Shown here: piece by piece, positions 45,596 through 54,959 of the stretch
Position numbering within the stretch: the stretch's first letter is position 1
Layout: the number at the start of each line of letters is the position of its first letter
Notes under the pieces: model-generated
The model's input: only the letters and a program-made list of their open reading frames with translations
Told to the model about the DNA's origin: nothing
Databases searched by the model: none
Program-made: the position numbers and the translations under genes
Sequence record: NC_070956.1
Length of the DNA: 64,000 nt
Strand: one strand, 5' to 3'

Positions 45596-48500
45596 TTACT
45601 TTTTCTTTTTGTCTTCACCTTCTGGAGGAAGGTCAGACTCATCGAAAGCACTCATTTCTGGTGCTATCTCTTCCTCCTCTGTAACTACATCTTCTTCAAG
45701 TTTCTTTTCATCATCCTCAATTACTTCAGGATCAGAACCTTGTTCAGTGTCGTTATCGAGTTGGTCTTGATCTTCGATCACTGCCTCATCATCCGCAGGC
45801 GGGAGATCATCAGCACCGAACGATTGAAGTTCGATTTCATCTTCAGACCCTGGTTCGCCACCAAGTTCGTCATCAGAATCTAACACCGCCTCGTCATCAG
45901 GAGTTAAGCCAGCTTCACTATCATCGGGAGGAAGGTCGAGTTCAGCTGATTGTGCCATTGGTTCAGCACCAGGCTCAGCTCCACTTTCATCCCCTGCTCC
46001 TTCACCACCTGTATCAGGTCCGGCAGGGAGATCGTCCATTGAGAACGCACTCATGTCAGAACCGTCCGTACCAGTAGCGCCTGTGTCCTCAGCACCGAAA
46101 TCGGAACCACCGCCGAAATCTCCACCACCACCATCGAATCCACCGCCAGGTTGTTCTTCCAGCATACCAGGGTTAGATGGGTCAGTGGTTTCGTCCGGTT
46201 TCTCACCGTTGATCTCGTCGGACTTGGCCTTCAGTTTTTCCAGGAGCTTATTGGTCTTCTTATTACCGTTGACATAAGCTTCCAGGAACTTAATGGTATT
46301 GGTCTCGAGGTTGGTGATACTATCTACCATCGAGAAGATACCACCACCGTCACCGTCGTTGAGGACCTCTTCGAACGGCATCGGGATATTGAAACGCTGG
46401 AACGCATCAGCCAACATCGCTCCCTTAACCTGACTAATAATCAGATCAGGCTCAACGTTGATTTCAGCAGCCAGTCGTTCAATAGCCTTAGCACCACCCA
46501 TCAGCTGTGTCCAACGCTCAACGAGTTTATCGATTGCCTCGATTTTGTCATCGATCTTGTTGAGGGTATCAGTGATAGCCGGTTTAGGAAGCTCCACATA
46601 GAAAGATTTGAGGAAGTCCAGGAAGACCATCTCAACCTTTTCTTCTTCAGTGAGTTTACCTTCCAGTTCGAGACCTTCTGCCTCAGCGATTTCTTCCAAG
46701 CTGTATTGAGAAGAAGTCTTCTCGTAAAGTTTGGCGTTTTCCTTAATAGTCTTGAGGAGATCAGTGACCAAAGGCTCGTTACACATGATGTGCTTGCGCA
46801 TGAAGTCGGAGAAGTACCGAGAGAACTTGTCAGACAGTTCGGCGGTTTGGTTACGAAGCATTTCCTGCTCAGCCAAAGCCTCTACCTGGAAATCGTTACC
46901 TTCACCACTGTCATCCAACCAACTACGTTTCAGGTTGAAGTAACCAGAAATAACGTTGAGCAGTTGCTCACGAGTAGCAGGATCGATTGTCTTGAGTGGT
47001 TCACGCTCCATTTGCTGAGCGTTGATCTCAGGAGCGATTACCGAACGGTTTTCACCGGCATCGACACGAATAGTCAACGACTGTTCTTTGAACCGATCCA
47101 ACACCGCATCAATAGATACGTTGTTAAAGCCGATAATGTCATGCAGAGTCGGGTTGTTGGCAAACCACTCGTCACGAACCATCGCAACAAGGTTACGAGC
47201 ATCAGGGTTCTGTTTCTCCAGAACAATAGAAAGTTCTGTGTGAGAGATAGAGTTCTCGATGTTGGCCAGGGCATCAGCAGTTTCCAAAACCGCAAGGCGG
47301 GTGATGTGGAGCTTAGCTTCTTCTACCAAAGAACGACCAGTACCAAGAGCGTTAAACTCAGTGGCAATGTAGGTCATGTATTCGGCAGGGACAAAGACGC
47401 AACGAACACCTTGTTGACGGAACGCACGACCCAAGAACAGTTTCTTGTTATGCTCGGTCAGTGAGATGGTAACTGATTTACGGAGATCACCGTTGATGAA
47501 ACCTTCAGCCAGCTCCTTCTCAAGTGTTGCAGATGCAAACTCAACCATCCAGGACATGTCAACCGCACAATCTCTGCCCTGAGCAACAGCCTTGATATGG
47601 GACGCCATTTCGTTGATGGAGCCGACACCGTTCTTCAACACGGTTCCGCTTTGAGAACCTTGATAGAACTTCATATCCCCGACAGTACGGAGAAACTCAC
47701 CAGTGTCCGGGTCAGTCAACAGAATGTAACCGAATGGGTTACCGATGTCACCATTGGCGTGAACAGGGATACATGCTTCACTGGGAACGTGGTAAGTGAT
47801 ACCGATACCTTTCCCGCTACCAGTGTAGAAACGACTCCTACGAACGCTCAGGGACTCAGAATAACGATAGTTGCGCTTGGGATACAACTCAGCAATGATT
47901 TTGTTGCTATCCTCGATGCTGGCGATACCCACCTTGTTGTTATTCTGGTTCTTCTCTTTCTTGGCCTTAGCCAGCTGTTTCTTGCCAGTCTCAAAAACCT
48001 GACCCATTACAGTTCGTAATGTCTCGTTACCAGTGACAGAACGGAGACGTCTGGAAACCATTGACTGACGAAGTTCAGCTGCACGCATCACAATCGGGTT
48101 ATCAGTAAAGGTCCAGTTCAGTCCTTCTTCAACCAGGTTATATTCACTACCAGCACTGGCGTTCCCCGAAACACCCCAGAGACTTTCCATGCCACCGGCA
48201 TCAGCAAGTGCGTTGTTCGGCGTTTTACGAATGTATCCCAGGTTCTTGGCTTTCTTAAAGCTACCATCGAAATGCTTTTCAAATATAGCTTTGCCCCGTT
48301 CAAAACCCTCGTTACCAGAAGTCTCGAGTGACATCTCGTAACCATTTATGAGGTGGTCCAAAACGCTGTGGGACATATTCAAAAGAGCGTAAGAACCTGA
48401 TCGGAACATTACGTCTTTAATGATTTGAGCCAGGTCTTTCTCAAAGGGGTATTGTGTTGTGAAATACTTCTTTACTGACGAGATCAAGTTGTCGTGGAGT

Positions 48501-48859
48501 TCCACGTTCTTCATGTCGGTATTTTCAGTAAGGAAGTTCAATATGTTACGCTGATCCCCATTAGGTTTCAGCAGCAGAGTAACCCAGAGATCCTCGGCAC
48601 GTTTTATCAACTGTGTGACTGAACGAAGATCGGTACTCGCTTGTGTGTTGTTAGAGATGATATCGGAAAGTTTACGTACCTTGCGATAATCTGCCTTGGA
48701 CTTCTCATCACGATCCCGATTACCACGAATATCGCGATCGGCAACCATGAGAGATTGCATCCCCTTCTCCACCGGAGTGAGGTTTTCCATACGGGCCTTC
48801 ATCACTGTCTTATCGACAGGAGCAAACCCCTTTGGAACACCCTTCTGTTTAGTGCTCAT
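45596..48859 (-). CDS. Portal protein (gp129-like) with long acidic C-terminal tail
   Basis: 1087 aa; G-x-E sites at E184, E225, E279; IPAEY-like VPAEYMTYIA, GRSLVE...RL, L-x-R-x-WLD; divergent from a gp128-like gene. Confidence 0.7.
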   Translation of the reverse strand: MSTKQKGVPKGFAPVDKTVMKARMENLTPVEKGMQSLMVADRDIRGNRDRDEKSKADYRKVRKLSDIISNNTQASTDLRSVTQLIKRAEDLWVTLLLKPNGDQRNILNFLTENTDMKNVELHDNLISSVKKYFTTQYPFEKDLAQIIKDVMFRSGSYALLNMSHSVLDHLINGYEMSLETSGNEGFERGKAIFEKHFDGSFKKAKNLGYIRKTPNNALADAGGMESLWGVSGNASAGSEYNLVEEGLNWTFTDNPIVMRAAELRQSMVSRRLRSVTGNETLRTVMGQVFETGKKQLAKAKKEKNQNNNKVGIASIEDSNKIIAELYPKRNYRYSESLSVRRSRFYTGSGKGIGITYHVPSEACIPVHANGDIGNPFGYILLTDPDTGEFLRTVGDMKFYQGSQSGTVLKNGVGSINEMASHIKAVAQGRDCAVDMSWMVEFASATLEKELAEGFINGDLRKSVTISLTEHNKKLFLGRAFRQQGVRCVFVPAEYMTYIATEFNALGTGRSLVEEAKLHITRLAVLETADALANIENSISHTELSIVLEKQNPDARNLVAMVRDEWFANNPTLHDIIGFNNVSIDAVLDRFKEQSLTIRVDAGENRSVIAPEINAQQMEREPLKTIDPATREQLLNVISGYFNLKRSWLDDSGEGNDFQVEALAEQEMLRNQTAELSDKFSRYFSDFMRKHIMCNEPLVTDLLKTIKENAKLYEKTSSQYSLEEIAEAEGLELEGKLTEEEKVEMVFLDFLKSFYVELPKPAITDTLNKIDDKIEAIDKLVERWTQLMGGAKAIERLAAEINVEPDLIISQVKGAMLADAFQRFNIPMPFEEVLNDGDGGGIFSMVDSITNLETNTIKFLEAYVNGNKKTNKLLEKLKAKSDEINGEKPDETTDPSNPGMLEEQPGGGFDGGGGDFGGGSDFGAEDTGATGTDGSDMSAFSMDDLPAGPDTGGEGAGDESGAEPGAEPMAQSAELDLPPDDSEAGLTPDDEAVLDSDDELGGEPGSEDEIELQSFGADDLPPADDEAVIEDQDQLDNDTEQGSDPEVIEDDEKKLEEDVVTEEEEIAPEMSAFDESDLPPEGEDKKKK

Positions 48860-48879
48860 ATTTCTCCCTAGGAAAGATT

Positions 48880-51012
48880 ATGTTGAACAATATTGAATAC
48901 AACGCTTATTTAATGAAGAATCTGGCATTGGCCAGAACGATCGTCATTAAGTGCGAAGACATCGCATTACTGGATAACCAGGCGATGGAAGATCACTATG
49001 GAATCGAAATAGGTTCGGACCGCACACAATGGCGTTACTATCTCAACCTGAATGGCGAGTATCACCAGACTGACGAAATGATGCGCGTCCAATCCCTGGA
49101 TAATGGTGAGATGATTGATTTCACCAAACAGAACCTGGACCTGCACCTCGCCACAAAACGTGCATACCGTGAAGGTAGTTATTACTTCTCTAGACTAACC
49201 GAAAAATACCAAGGTCAGTCGGAATTGATTAAGGGCATCATAAACCCTATTCCACCGTCAGAATCGATCCCAGCAAAGAATTACCAGATACTCAGGTATA
49301 ACACAGATCAGGTTCTTTGGAATGAGTACCAGTTGATCCCTGCCCTGCAAAGGCACGTCTACAACCTTGTAGAAACATTCTTCAAAACAGAATACATCTA
49401 CACTGACGACCTGATGCTCACTATATTGCTGACGCATCTCCATGCGTCCCTCTTCTCAGCTATTCTCCAGATACGCGAAGATGCTGATGGAACACGTTAT
49501 GCGCATGAGTTCCACATTTGGTCCAGACTCACCTCGTTGGGGATGTCCCCGATCTACAAACAGGTGCTCGATCGTAAACAGACCATGTGGTTCTACCGTA
49601 ACCTGGATTACGTGCTTAGGAAACAAGGTCGTCGTCAAACCTTCGACGAACTGACAGACATCATACTGACTCATCGCCGCATTCCGTTGTCTCGACACAT
49701 CACGTTGCAGAACACTGAAAACATGTTGGAGTCGATCACACCGGAACCGATGTTCCAAAGTCAACCGGTTAACAAGATCACTGGTCTGGGTTCCAACTTC
49801 CAGTTGTGGAGTGTACAGGATGTAATAAGGAAAGAGATTCCCCTGGCACTCGACAACGAAGAGAACAGAGACACCAACCAACTGTTGACAGAACACCGCA
49901 TCAAGTACGGACTCCACTCTGATATTCCAACCAAGGTTCTGGAATCCACAATGGTGGACGTAACCGATCGAAACCCCAATTCGATAATGCGGGTTCTGAA
50001 TAATCAGTGGCTCTATATGGCTAAGAACAATCTCTACGTCATAAACCACGATTTCACTGATCTGAGAACAGGGAAACATTTCCGTCTGAACACCAAGGAA
50101 GCGTATATCCTTTGGGCTTACCTGGTGAACCGTTATACCGGTAACACCACAGAGCGTATTGGTTATTACACCTACTATCGAGCTGCCAAACAGACTGTAC
50201 CCACTTATAAGGAACTCATGCTTTTAGGGTACGATAAGATCCTGTCTGAGAAGCTCTGTAAGGACATTGTGGCGAGTTGCCCTGACATTGTTAAGGTTAT
50301 CTCACCCTCAACGTTTTATAACACATGTCGTGACATCATGGACGCTGATTGGAATCAGTCTAAAATGAGAACTGTCGTCATGAACATGTTCTGGGAAGCG
50401 CAAACCGGCAACGCTATTGAGGCTTGTTACGAGACAGGAACTGTTTCCTTCGCGGATGGTAACAAAACCTATCACCAATGGTTAACCGAACACGACCTTT
50501 CATTCGAAGATTACTCTCAAGATGAACTGTTGGATCTTGCTTGGGCGGTATGGCAAAAGGTTACTGGTTGGGATAACGCGGTCATTCTCTCTTTGGGAGA
50601 TCAGCAGCGTGCACTCATCAACCTGATGAAAGACCTGACTAGCTACACCGTTCAATACATCGGTTCTACCGAGAATGATCTTGGTTGGGTACGGATTGGC
50701 TTCCAACCCATGATGGAATCTGATTTCTTCAAACAAGTAGGTCCTGACGATCCCGGTACTGGGTTGGTCAATGAGATGGAACAGATACTCCCTGGCATTT
50801 ATAAGGGTGTTCCTGAGATGTCTCTTGAAACCAAGAGTAAACCTATGTCGGTGGAAGGTGACATGATAGAATCTATTTACATGGAGTCTATTGCTCATGC
50901 TTACCTCAAGGATGGTTCCCACCTTAAACCTGTACCTCTAGATGTGAGTCAGTCGGTAAGAGCTAATCTGTTTATGGCTCTCACTCTGAGACCCGTTCCA
51001 ATAGAGGGATAG
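48880..51012 (+). CDS. Virion structural protein, probable baseplate wedge (gp128-like)
   Basis: 710 aa; WRYYLNLNGEYH, FHIWSRLTSLG, WFYRNLDY; synteny with portal. Confidence 0.6.
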   Translation: MLNNIEYNAYLMKNLALARTIVIKCEDIALLDNQAMEDHYGIEIGSDRTQWRYYLNLNGEYHQTDEMMRVQSLDNGEMIDFTKQNLDLHLATKRAYREGSYYFSRLTEKYQGQSELIKGIINPIPPSESIPAKNYQILRYNTDQVLWNEYQLIPALQRHVYNLVETFFKTEYIYTDDLMLTILLTHLHASLFSAILQIREDADGTRYAHEFHIWSRLTSLGMSPIYKQVLDRKQTMWFYRNLDYVLRKQGRRQTFDELTDIILTHRRIPLSRHITLQNTENMLESITPEPMFQSQPVNKITGLGSNFQLWSVQDVIRKEIPLALDNEENRDTNQLLTEHRIKYGLHSDIPTKVLESTMVDVTDRNPNSIMRVLNNQWLYMAKNNLYVINHDFTDLRTGKHFRLNTKEAYILWAYLVNRYTGNTTERIGYYTYYRAAKQTVPTYKELMLLGYDKILSEKLCKDIVASCPDIVKVISPSTFYNTCRDIMDADWNQSKMRTVVMNMFWEAQTGNAIEACYETGTVSFADGNKTYHQWLTEHDLSFEDYSQDELLDLAWAVWQKVTGWDNAVILSLGDQQRALINLMKDLTSYTVQYIGSTENDLGWVRIGFQPMMESDFFKQVGPDDPGTGLVNEMEQILPGIYKGVPEMSLETKSKPMSVEGDMIESIYMESIAHAYLKDGSHLKPVPLDVSQSVRANLFMALTLRPVPIEG

Positions 51013-51014
51013 AT

Positions 51015-51344
51015 ATGAATCGATTAACACGATACTATCCAGGGGATTGTATAGTTCGTGTAGTTGCGCATGGAGAGTACGTTTTGACTCTCCTTGTCGA
51101 CGATAGTCATGTCAAACACGATAAAATCAACCTGGCTTGTCTCAATGCTTACAAGCTTGAAACAAGTTCAAAAACAGAACTCACTGGGAGAATGATCAGT
51201 CGAATCGTTTTCCCTTATTACGACGATCTCTATGCTGAAGATATTGACCGCATAGAAGATAACGGTGGATTCTACACAATCTACATTCGTAAAGGAGTTC
51301 TTGTTCATTTCGGTCATTTCAACATATATAAGAGGGATAAGTAA
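51015..51344 (+). CDS. Small hypothetical protein (109 aa)
   Basis: Coupled ORF, GAGGG RBS. Confidence 0.65.
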   Translation: MNRLTRYYPGDCIVRVVAHGEYVLTLLVDDSHVKHDKINLACLNAYKLETSSKTELTGRMISRIVFPYYDDLYAEDIDRIEDNGGFYTIYIRKGVLVHFGHFNIYKRDK

Positions 51345-52264
51345 TGGCTCAACAAATCGACAACAACCGTCAGAAGAGTATTCTTCCCAATCAGCTGGTT
51401 TCCCCCACTGGTATCGGTGTCGTTGTATCCGCCGCAATCAACTGTAACCGCCCTGTGGACATTCCCAAGTACACCACACTGAATGAACACTTCAACGTTC
51501 TGGCTGATGAGTCCATCGGTAAGAAGAACGGGAAAGATTTCCAACTGGCTTACTTCGGTATCGGTATCGGTGGTTCCCGCTCCATTGGCGAGGACAGCTT
51601 TGGCCTGGAAGACCGCAAGGTAAACCAGCACAAGGCCACCGACTTTAACGCTTTCCACGGCATTCCGTTTATCGCCCGTGAACTCAGCAATGACCTCGAC
51701 CCGGTTCTGCGGGACCAGTATCGCCTCCGCGTTGTACGGAAGATCGGTGAAAAGATCTACGTTCTCTATTTCCTGAAGCTGATCAACTTCGATAGCTTCG
51801 CACCGAGCATGAAAGTCGGGACTCGTGATCCGGCTACTGGTAATGAAACCAGTTATCCTTACGAGCCCAAGAAAGAAGATCTTCAGCCGACCCCGTTCCA
51901 ACTGACGGTGCAGGATTCCATTCCGTTGTCCAACACCTATGTTCACGGGACTGGGACACTGGATCTCACCCTGAACGTGGACGATCTCCACGAGATTCGT
52001 AACGCCTGTCGTATCCTCTACGGTAACGCCAACAAAGCAGCGATCAATGAATGGTACGTGTGCCATGGTATTGAGACCCGCAACGACGGTGAAATCGGTG
52101 AAGGTGGTACGGTGGTTTATAAGGAACTGCAATCCGCAGTTGTCTCCTTTAACATCACTGAAGCTTGGGCGCGTGACGCGAACGCGAATACCAAGATGCC
52201 GTGCTTCTTCGAATACGGCAACTCCCTCCCCCTGTTGGTTGGTAGCGACGAACTGGCTGGTTAA
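51344..52264 (+). CDS. Virion structural protein (gp130-like)
   Basis: 306 aa; YFGIGIGG, HKATDFNAFHGIPF. Confidence 0.6.
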   Translation: MAQQIDNNRQKSILPNQLVSPTGIGVVVSAAINCNRPVDIPKYTTLNEHFNVLADESIGKKNGKDFQLAYFGIGIGGSRSIGEDSFGLEDRKVNQHKATDFNAFHGIPFIARELSNDLDPVLRDQYRLRVVRKIGEKIYVLYFLKLINFDSFAPSMKVGTRDPATGNETSYPYEPKKEDLQPTPFQLTVQDSIPLSNTYVHGTGTLDLTLNVDDLHEIRNACRILYGNANKAAINEWYVCHGIETRNDGEIGEGGTVVYKELQSAVVSFNITEAWARDANANTKMPCFFEYGNSLPLLVGSDELAG

Positions 52265-52279
52265 TAAAGAGGTTCTGTC

Positions 52280-52900
52280 ATGTCTCAAAAACAACAGAAC
52301 CTGTATCTCTCCCTGAAAGCCGGGGAGAGTGTTCTTTCTCTTATTCCTGCCCTGAACAAACGGTATGGTTTGTCATTGGACCCTAACAAGTATCATGACG
52401 ATACTGTTGAACATGACGAACTTACTCGCTTGTCAGGTGGGTTGGTGAGTAAAGAAACAGGTGAACTGGATTGGATAGTTATCGATTCTTCCGATGGCTC
52501 AGGTAAGAATACTGTCCTCCCAATGGCTCAATTCAAGAATCCCAAAAAGCTGCTGCAAACAGAGATAAGCCGATATTCGTGCATTCAGATCAACACTTAT
52601 AAGGAGATCGAATTCCTTGAACAAGTAAGTGTTGGTGTTTCTAACAATGTCGGCTTTAACGGTTCCGACGCACCCAGACTTCTTATGGAGTTGATGAATC
52701 GATACTGTATCGGTTCTGGGTGGAGTTGTAACCATGGTCGTGGAAACACTACCGCCGGTTTCACGCTTCTCCATTTCGGTAAGCCTGAGACCATTCCCAG
52801 TGAATATCTCGCCAACAGTAATGTGGATTATGTTGCCGTCGTCGAATTGGAAACCTACACTGGGAAAGCGGTATACAGCTTGACAGTGGGTAAATTATGA
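52280..52900 (+). CDS. Hypothetical protein, probably tail-associated (206 aa)
   Basis: GAGG RBS; LIPALNKRYGLSLD. Confidence 0.65.
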   Translation: MSQKQQNLYLSLKAGESVLSLIPALNKRYGLSLDPNKYHDDTVEHDELTRLSGGLVSKETGELDWIVIDSSDGSGKNTVLPMAQFKNPKKLLQTEISRYSCIQINTYKEIEFLEQVSVGVSNNVGFNGSDAPRLLMELMNRYCIGSGWSCNHGRGNTTAGFTLLHFGKPETIPSEYLANSNVDYVAVVELETYTGKAVYSLTVGKL

Positions 52901-53484
52901 CAGTACGTATCTTGGGGATTGACCCTGGCATCTCTAGCCTTGGTTTGAGCTGCATCGAACTCGATCCCTACGAGAAGAAACCTTTCAAACTCATCTATGC
53001 CGAAACAGCGAACGGTGAGTACAACGAGTTTGGCATAAGAGCGGATAACCCTCACCAGGTCAGAGCTAAAGGTTTGACCCGGGTTTACTCTTATGTTTTT
53101 GATAAGTTCGAACCTCACGTGGTTGCTTGCGAAGATAACTTCCTCGGAATCAACCCTGCTTCCTTTAAGCGACTCATCGAAGTAGTCTCCTACTTCAACA
53201 TCCACACTGTTACCAATAAGAAGGACGCTGCATTCCGTCTCGTTCTCCCCCGATTGGCTAAACAAATTGTGGATGCTGACTTCCGTGGTGCTACCAAAGA
53301 TGATGTTAAAATCGGATTGGCTGGGTGTGAGTTCTTGGACTTGAATGGGTTTGATCTCGATCTTTTGACTGAGCACGCTCATGACGCCATCCTCTTGGCG
53401 GTTTATTTGGGTGTCCAGTACTATAAGGACCTCGGATGGGATTTGATCCATGATAAAAAGAGTAAAGCCTCAGCCAAGACCTGA
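52897..53484 (+). CDS. ruvC: RuvC-like Holliday junction resolvase
   Basis: ILGIDPG, VACED, TKDDVK, EHAHDAI form the RuvC acidic catalytic set. Confidence 0.9.
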   Translation: MTVRILGIDPGISSLGLSCIELDPYEKKPFKLIYAETANGEYNEFGIRADNPHQVRAKGLTRVYSYVFDKFEPHVVACEDNFLGINPASFKRLIEVVSYFNIHTVTNKKDAAFRLVLPRLAKQIVDADFRGATKDDVKIGLAGCEFLDLNGFDLDLLTEHAHDAILLAVYLGVQYYKDLGWDLIHDKKSKASAKT

Positions 53485-54160
53485 TCGCTGGGATTGGATA
53501 CCGCTGACTCTCCGGTCAGTCTCCGGTTTCAACTCGTGCATCACGGTTGCTCTTACATCCGTTATCTTTATGGTCACCATTCGTGACGCTGTGTTAGCAT
53601 CTACGATAGGGTGGTTCAATGGAGTCACTATCACCATCATGACGGTGGCTCCCATTGTCATTGCCTGGCATTTTACTAATGCTCGTGGTATGCTGGAAAA
53701 AGTTCTCAAGATGCCTCCATCCGAAGACGGTCTGGTAGAATCGGTTAAGTCCGAAGTTCAATCAGCACATAACTCGCTTGGTAATCTCGAGACTTGCACA
53801 ACTGAAGAATGTGATCAACACACCATCCCGCAAGGACTTGGTGTAATCACTGAGAGGGACGTCGGTATCGAACGTGAGATCTTTGGTTTCACAACGGTAC
53901 TCCTTAGGGCCATCGCTGGTTTCATCGCCTCCCATGCTATCTGTATGGGGAGTATCATTTATACCTTCACTATTCGTAGTGCTGTTATAACTGGTAAAGG
54001 GATGCCAGGGGATGTGGAAGTCTTTCTTGCAATCATCGGTCCTGTGATTACTAGCTGGAGCTTTATGCGCGCAGCTAATACGATCAGTGCATTGATGACC
54101 GGGACAACCGCAGTGATTAAGATGCGGAAACGTATAGCGGAGTTAATTTCTCCAAAGTAA
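53450..54160 (+). CDS. Multi-pass membrane protein, candidate holin/antiholin with internal duplication
   Basis: Two hydrophobic blocks (aa 19-78 and 150-208) that align to each other; adjacent to spanins. Confidence 0.5.
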   Translation: MIKRVKPQPRPDRWDWIPLTLRSVSGFNSCITVALTSVIFMVTIRDAVLASTIGWFNGVTITIMTVAPIVIAWHFTNARGMLEKVLKMPPSEDGLVESVKSEVQSAHNSLGNLETCTTEECDQHTIPQGLGVITERDVGIEREIFGFTTVLLRAIAGFIASHAICMGSIIYTFTIRSAVITGKGMPGDVEVFLAIIGPVITSWSFMRAANTISALMTGTTAVIKMRKRIAELISPK

Positions 54161-54165
54161 TAAAG

Positions 54166-54203
54166 ACCCCCTACCCCATCCGAAAGGACGGGGTAGGGGT
54201 TTT
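54166..54203. terminator. Bidirectional GAAA-loop terminator
   Basis: CCCCTACCCCATCC-GAAA-GGACGGGGTAGGGG between convergent genes. Confidence 0.8.
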
Positions 54204-54213
54204 GTCAGTACAC

Positions 54214-54666
54214 TTATTTTTTCTTGACGTAGTCCTTGTTAAACTCGTCGATGATCTTATTAATGTTAATAATGAGCTGATCAATGGTACTCCTGAGGGC
54301 ATTGATCGTTTCTGCGTCATTATCCAACTCTTTGGTTGTGGCAATAAGTATCAGTCGGGTCGAATTGTAACAAGCGTCTTTGGCAACAGTTTTGGTGCAG
54401 TCGTTTTGACTCAAGAATTGACCGAGCTGCTCCATCCTTGCTTGTTTAGGTTTCCATCCAGGGGAGTAAACCTCAGCAGGAATGAGAGTCAGGTCATCCT
54501 TCATTAACTGCAACTGATCTTTATAAAGCTGGAGCTTTGCCAGTTCCGTCTTCATCTCCACGTACGTGCCCGCTGCGGTTACTTTGGGCTGTGAGACGCA
54601 ACTGGTCATTATAAAGATCATCGAGAGGACTATTGCCATCCGACTCACTATATCCGTAAGTTTCAT
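54214..54666 (-). CDS. o-spanin (outer-membrane lipoprotein), 150 aa
   Basis: AAGGA RBS then MKLTDIVSRMAIVLSMIFIMTS-C signal peptide with lipobox-like Cys; start lies inside the upstream gene. Confidence 0.7.
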   Translation of the reverse strand: MKLTDIVSRMAIVLSMIFIMTSCVSQPKVTAAGTYVEMKTELAKLQLYKDQLQLMKDDLTLIPAEVYSPGWKPKQARMEQLGQFLSQNDCTKTVAKDACYNSTRLILIATTKELDNDAETINALRSTIDQLIININKIIDEFNKDYVKKK

Positions 54667-54958
54667 AGATATCCTTGTATCCACGTTTAAGCAACTGATT
54701 GTTGACAATGAGTTGACGTTCCAACCCAGCTGCCCACTCGCGCTGCGCAACTGCCGCCTTGGCTATTTCATCAGAGACCTTGGCGAAGTTATCGACAGCA
54801 CTTACCAGTTGATTGACCGTGGCCGTATTCAGTTTATTCGGATCTTCCCGGAAGAATGTACTGTACATAAATCCGAGTACCAAAATCCAGATACCTATCA
54901 CAGCAAAGAGTTTCGTCTTCGCTCCTTCAGTACCCGGGATAGATGGGAGTCCTAACAT
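54521..54958 (-). CDS. i-spanin (inner-membrane anchored), 145 aa
   Basis: Single N-terminal TM (LFAVIGIWILVLGFMY) then Ala-rich coiled coil; overlaps the lipoprotein gene by 146 nt. Confidence 0.7.
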   Translation of the reverse strand: MLGLPSIPGTEGAKTKLFAVIGIWILVLGFMYSTFFREDPNKLNTATVNQLVSAVDNFAKVSDEIAKAAVAQREWAAGLERQLIVNNQLLKRGYKDIYETYGYSESDGNSPLDDLYNDQLRLTAQSNRSGHVRGDEDGTGKAPAL

Positions 54959-54959
54959 C

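Noticed and set aside
45578-45883. Very hydrophobic 101-aa ORF resembling a membrane protein
   Set aside because: Reverse complement of the Glu/Asp/Lys-rich portal tail, and it starts inside the terminator.
46151-47464. 437-aa ORF antisense to the portal
   Set aside because: Shadow ORF with no RBS or recognisable features.
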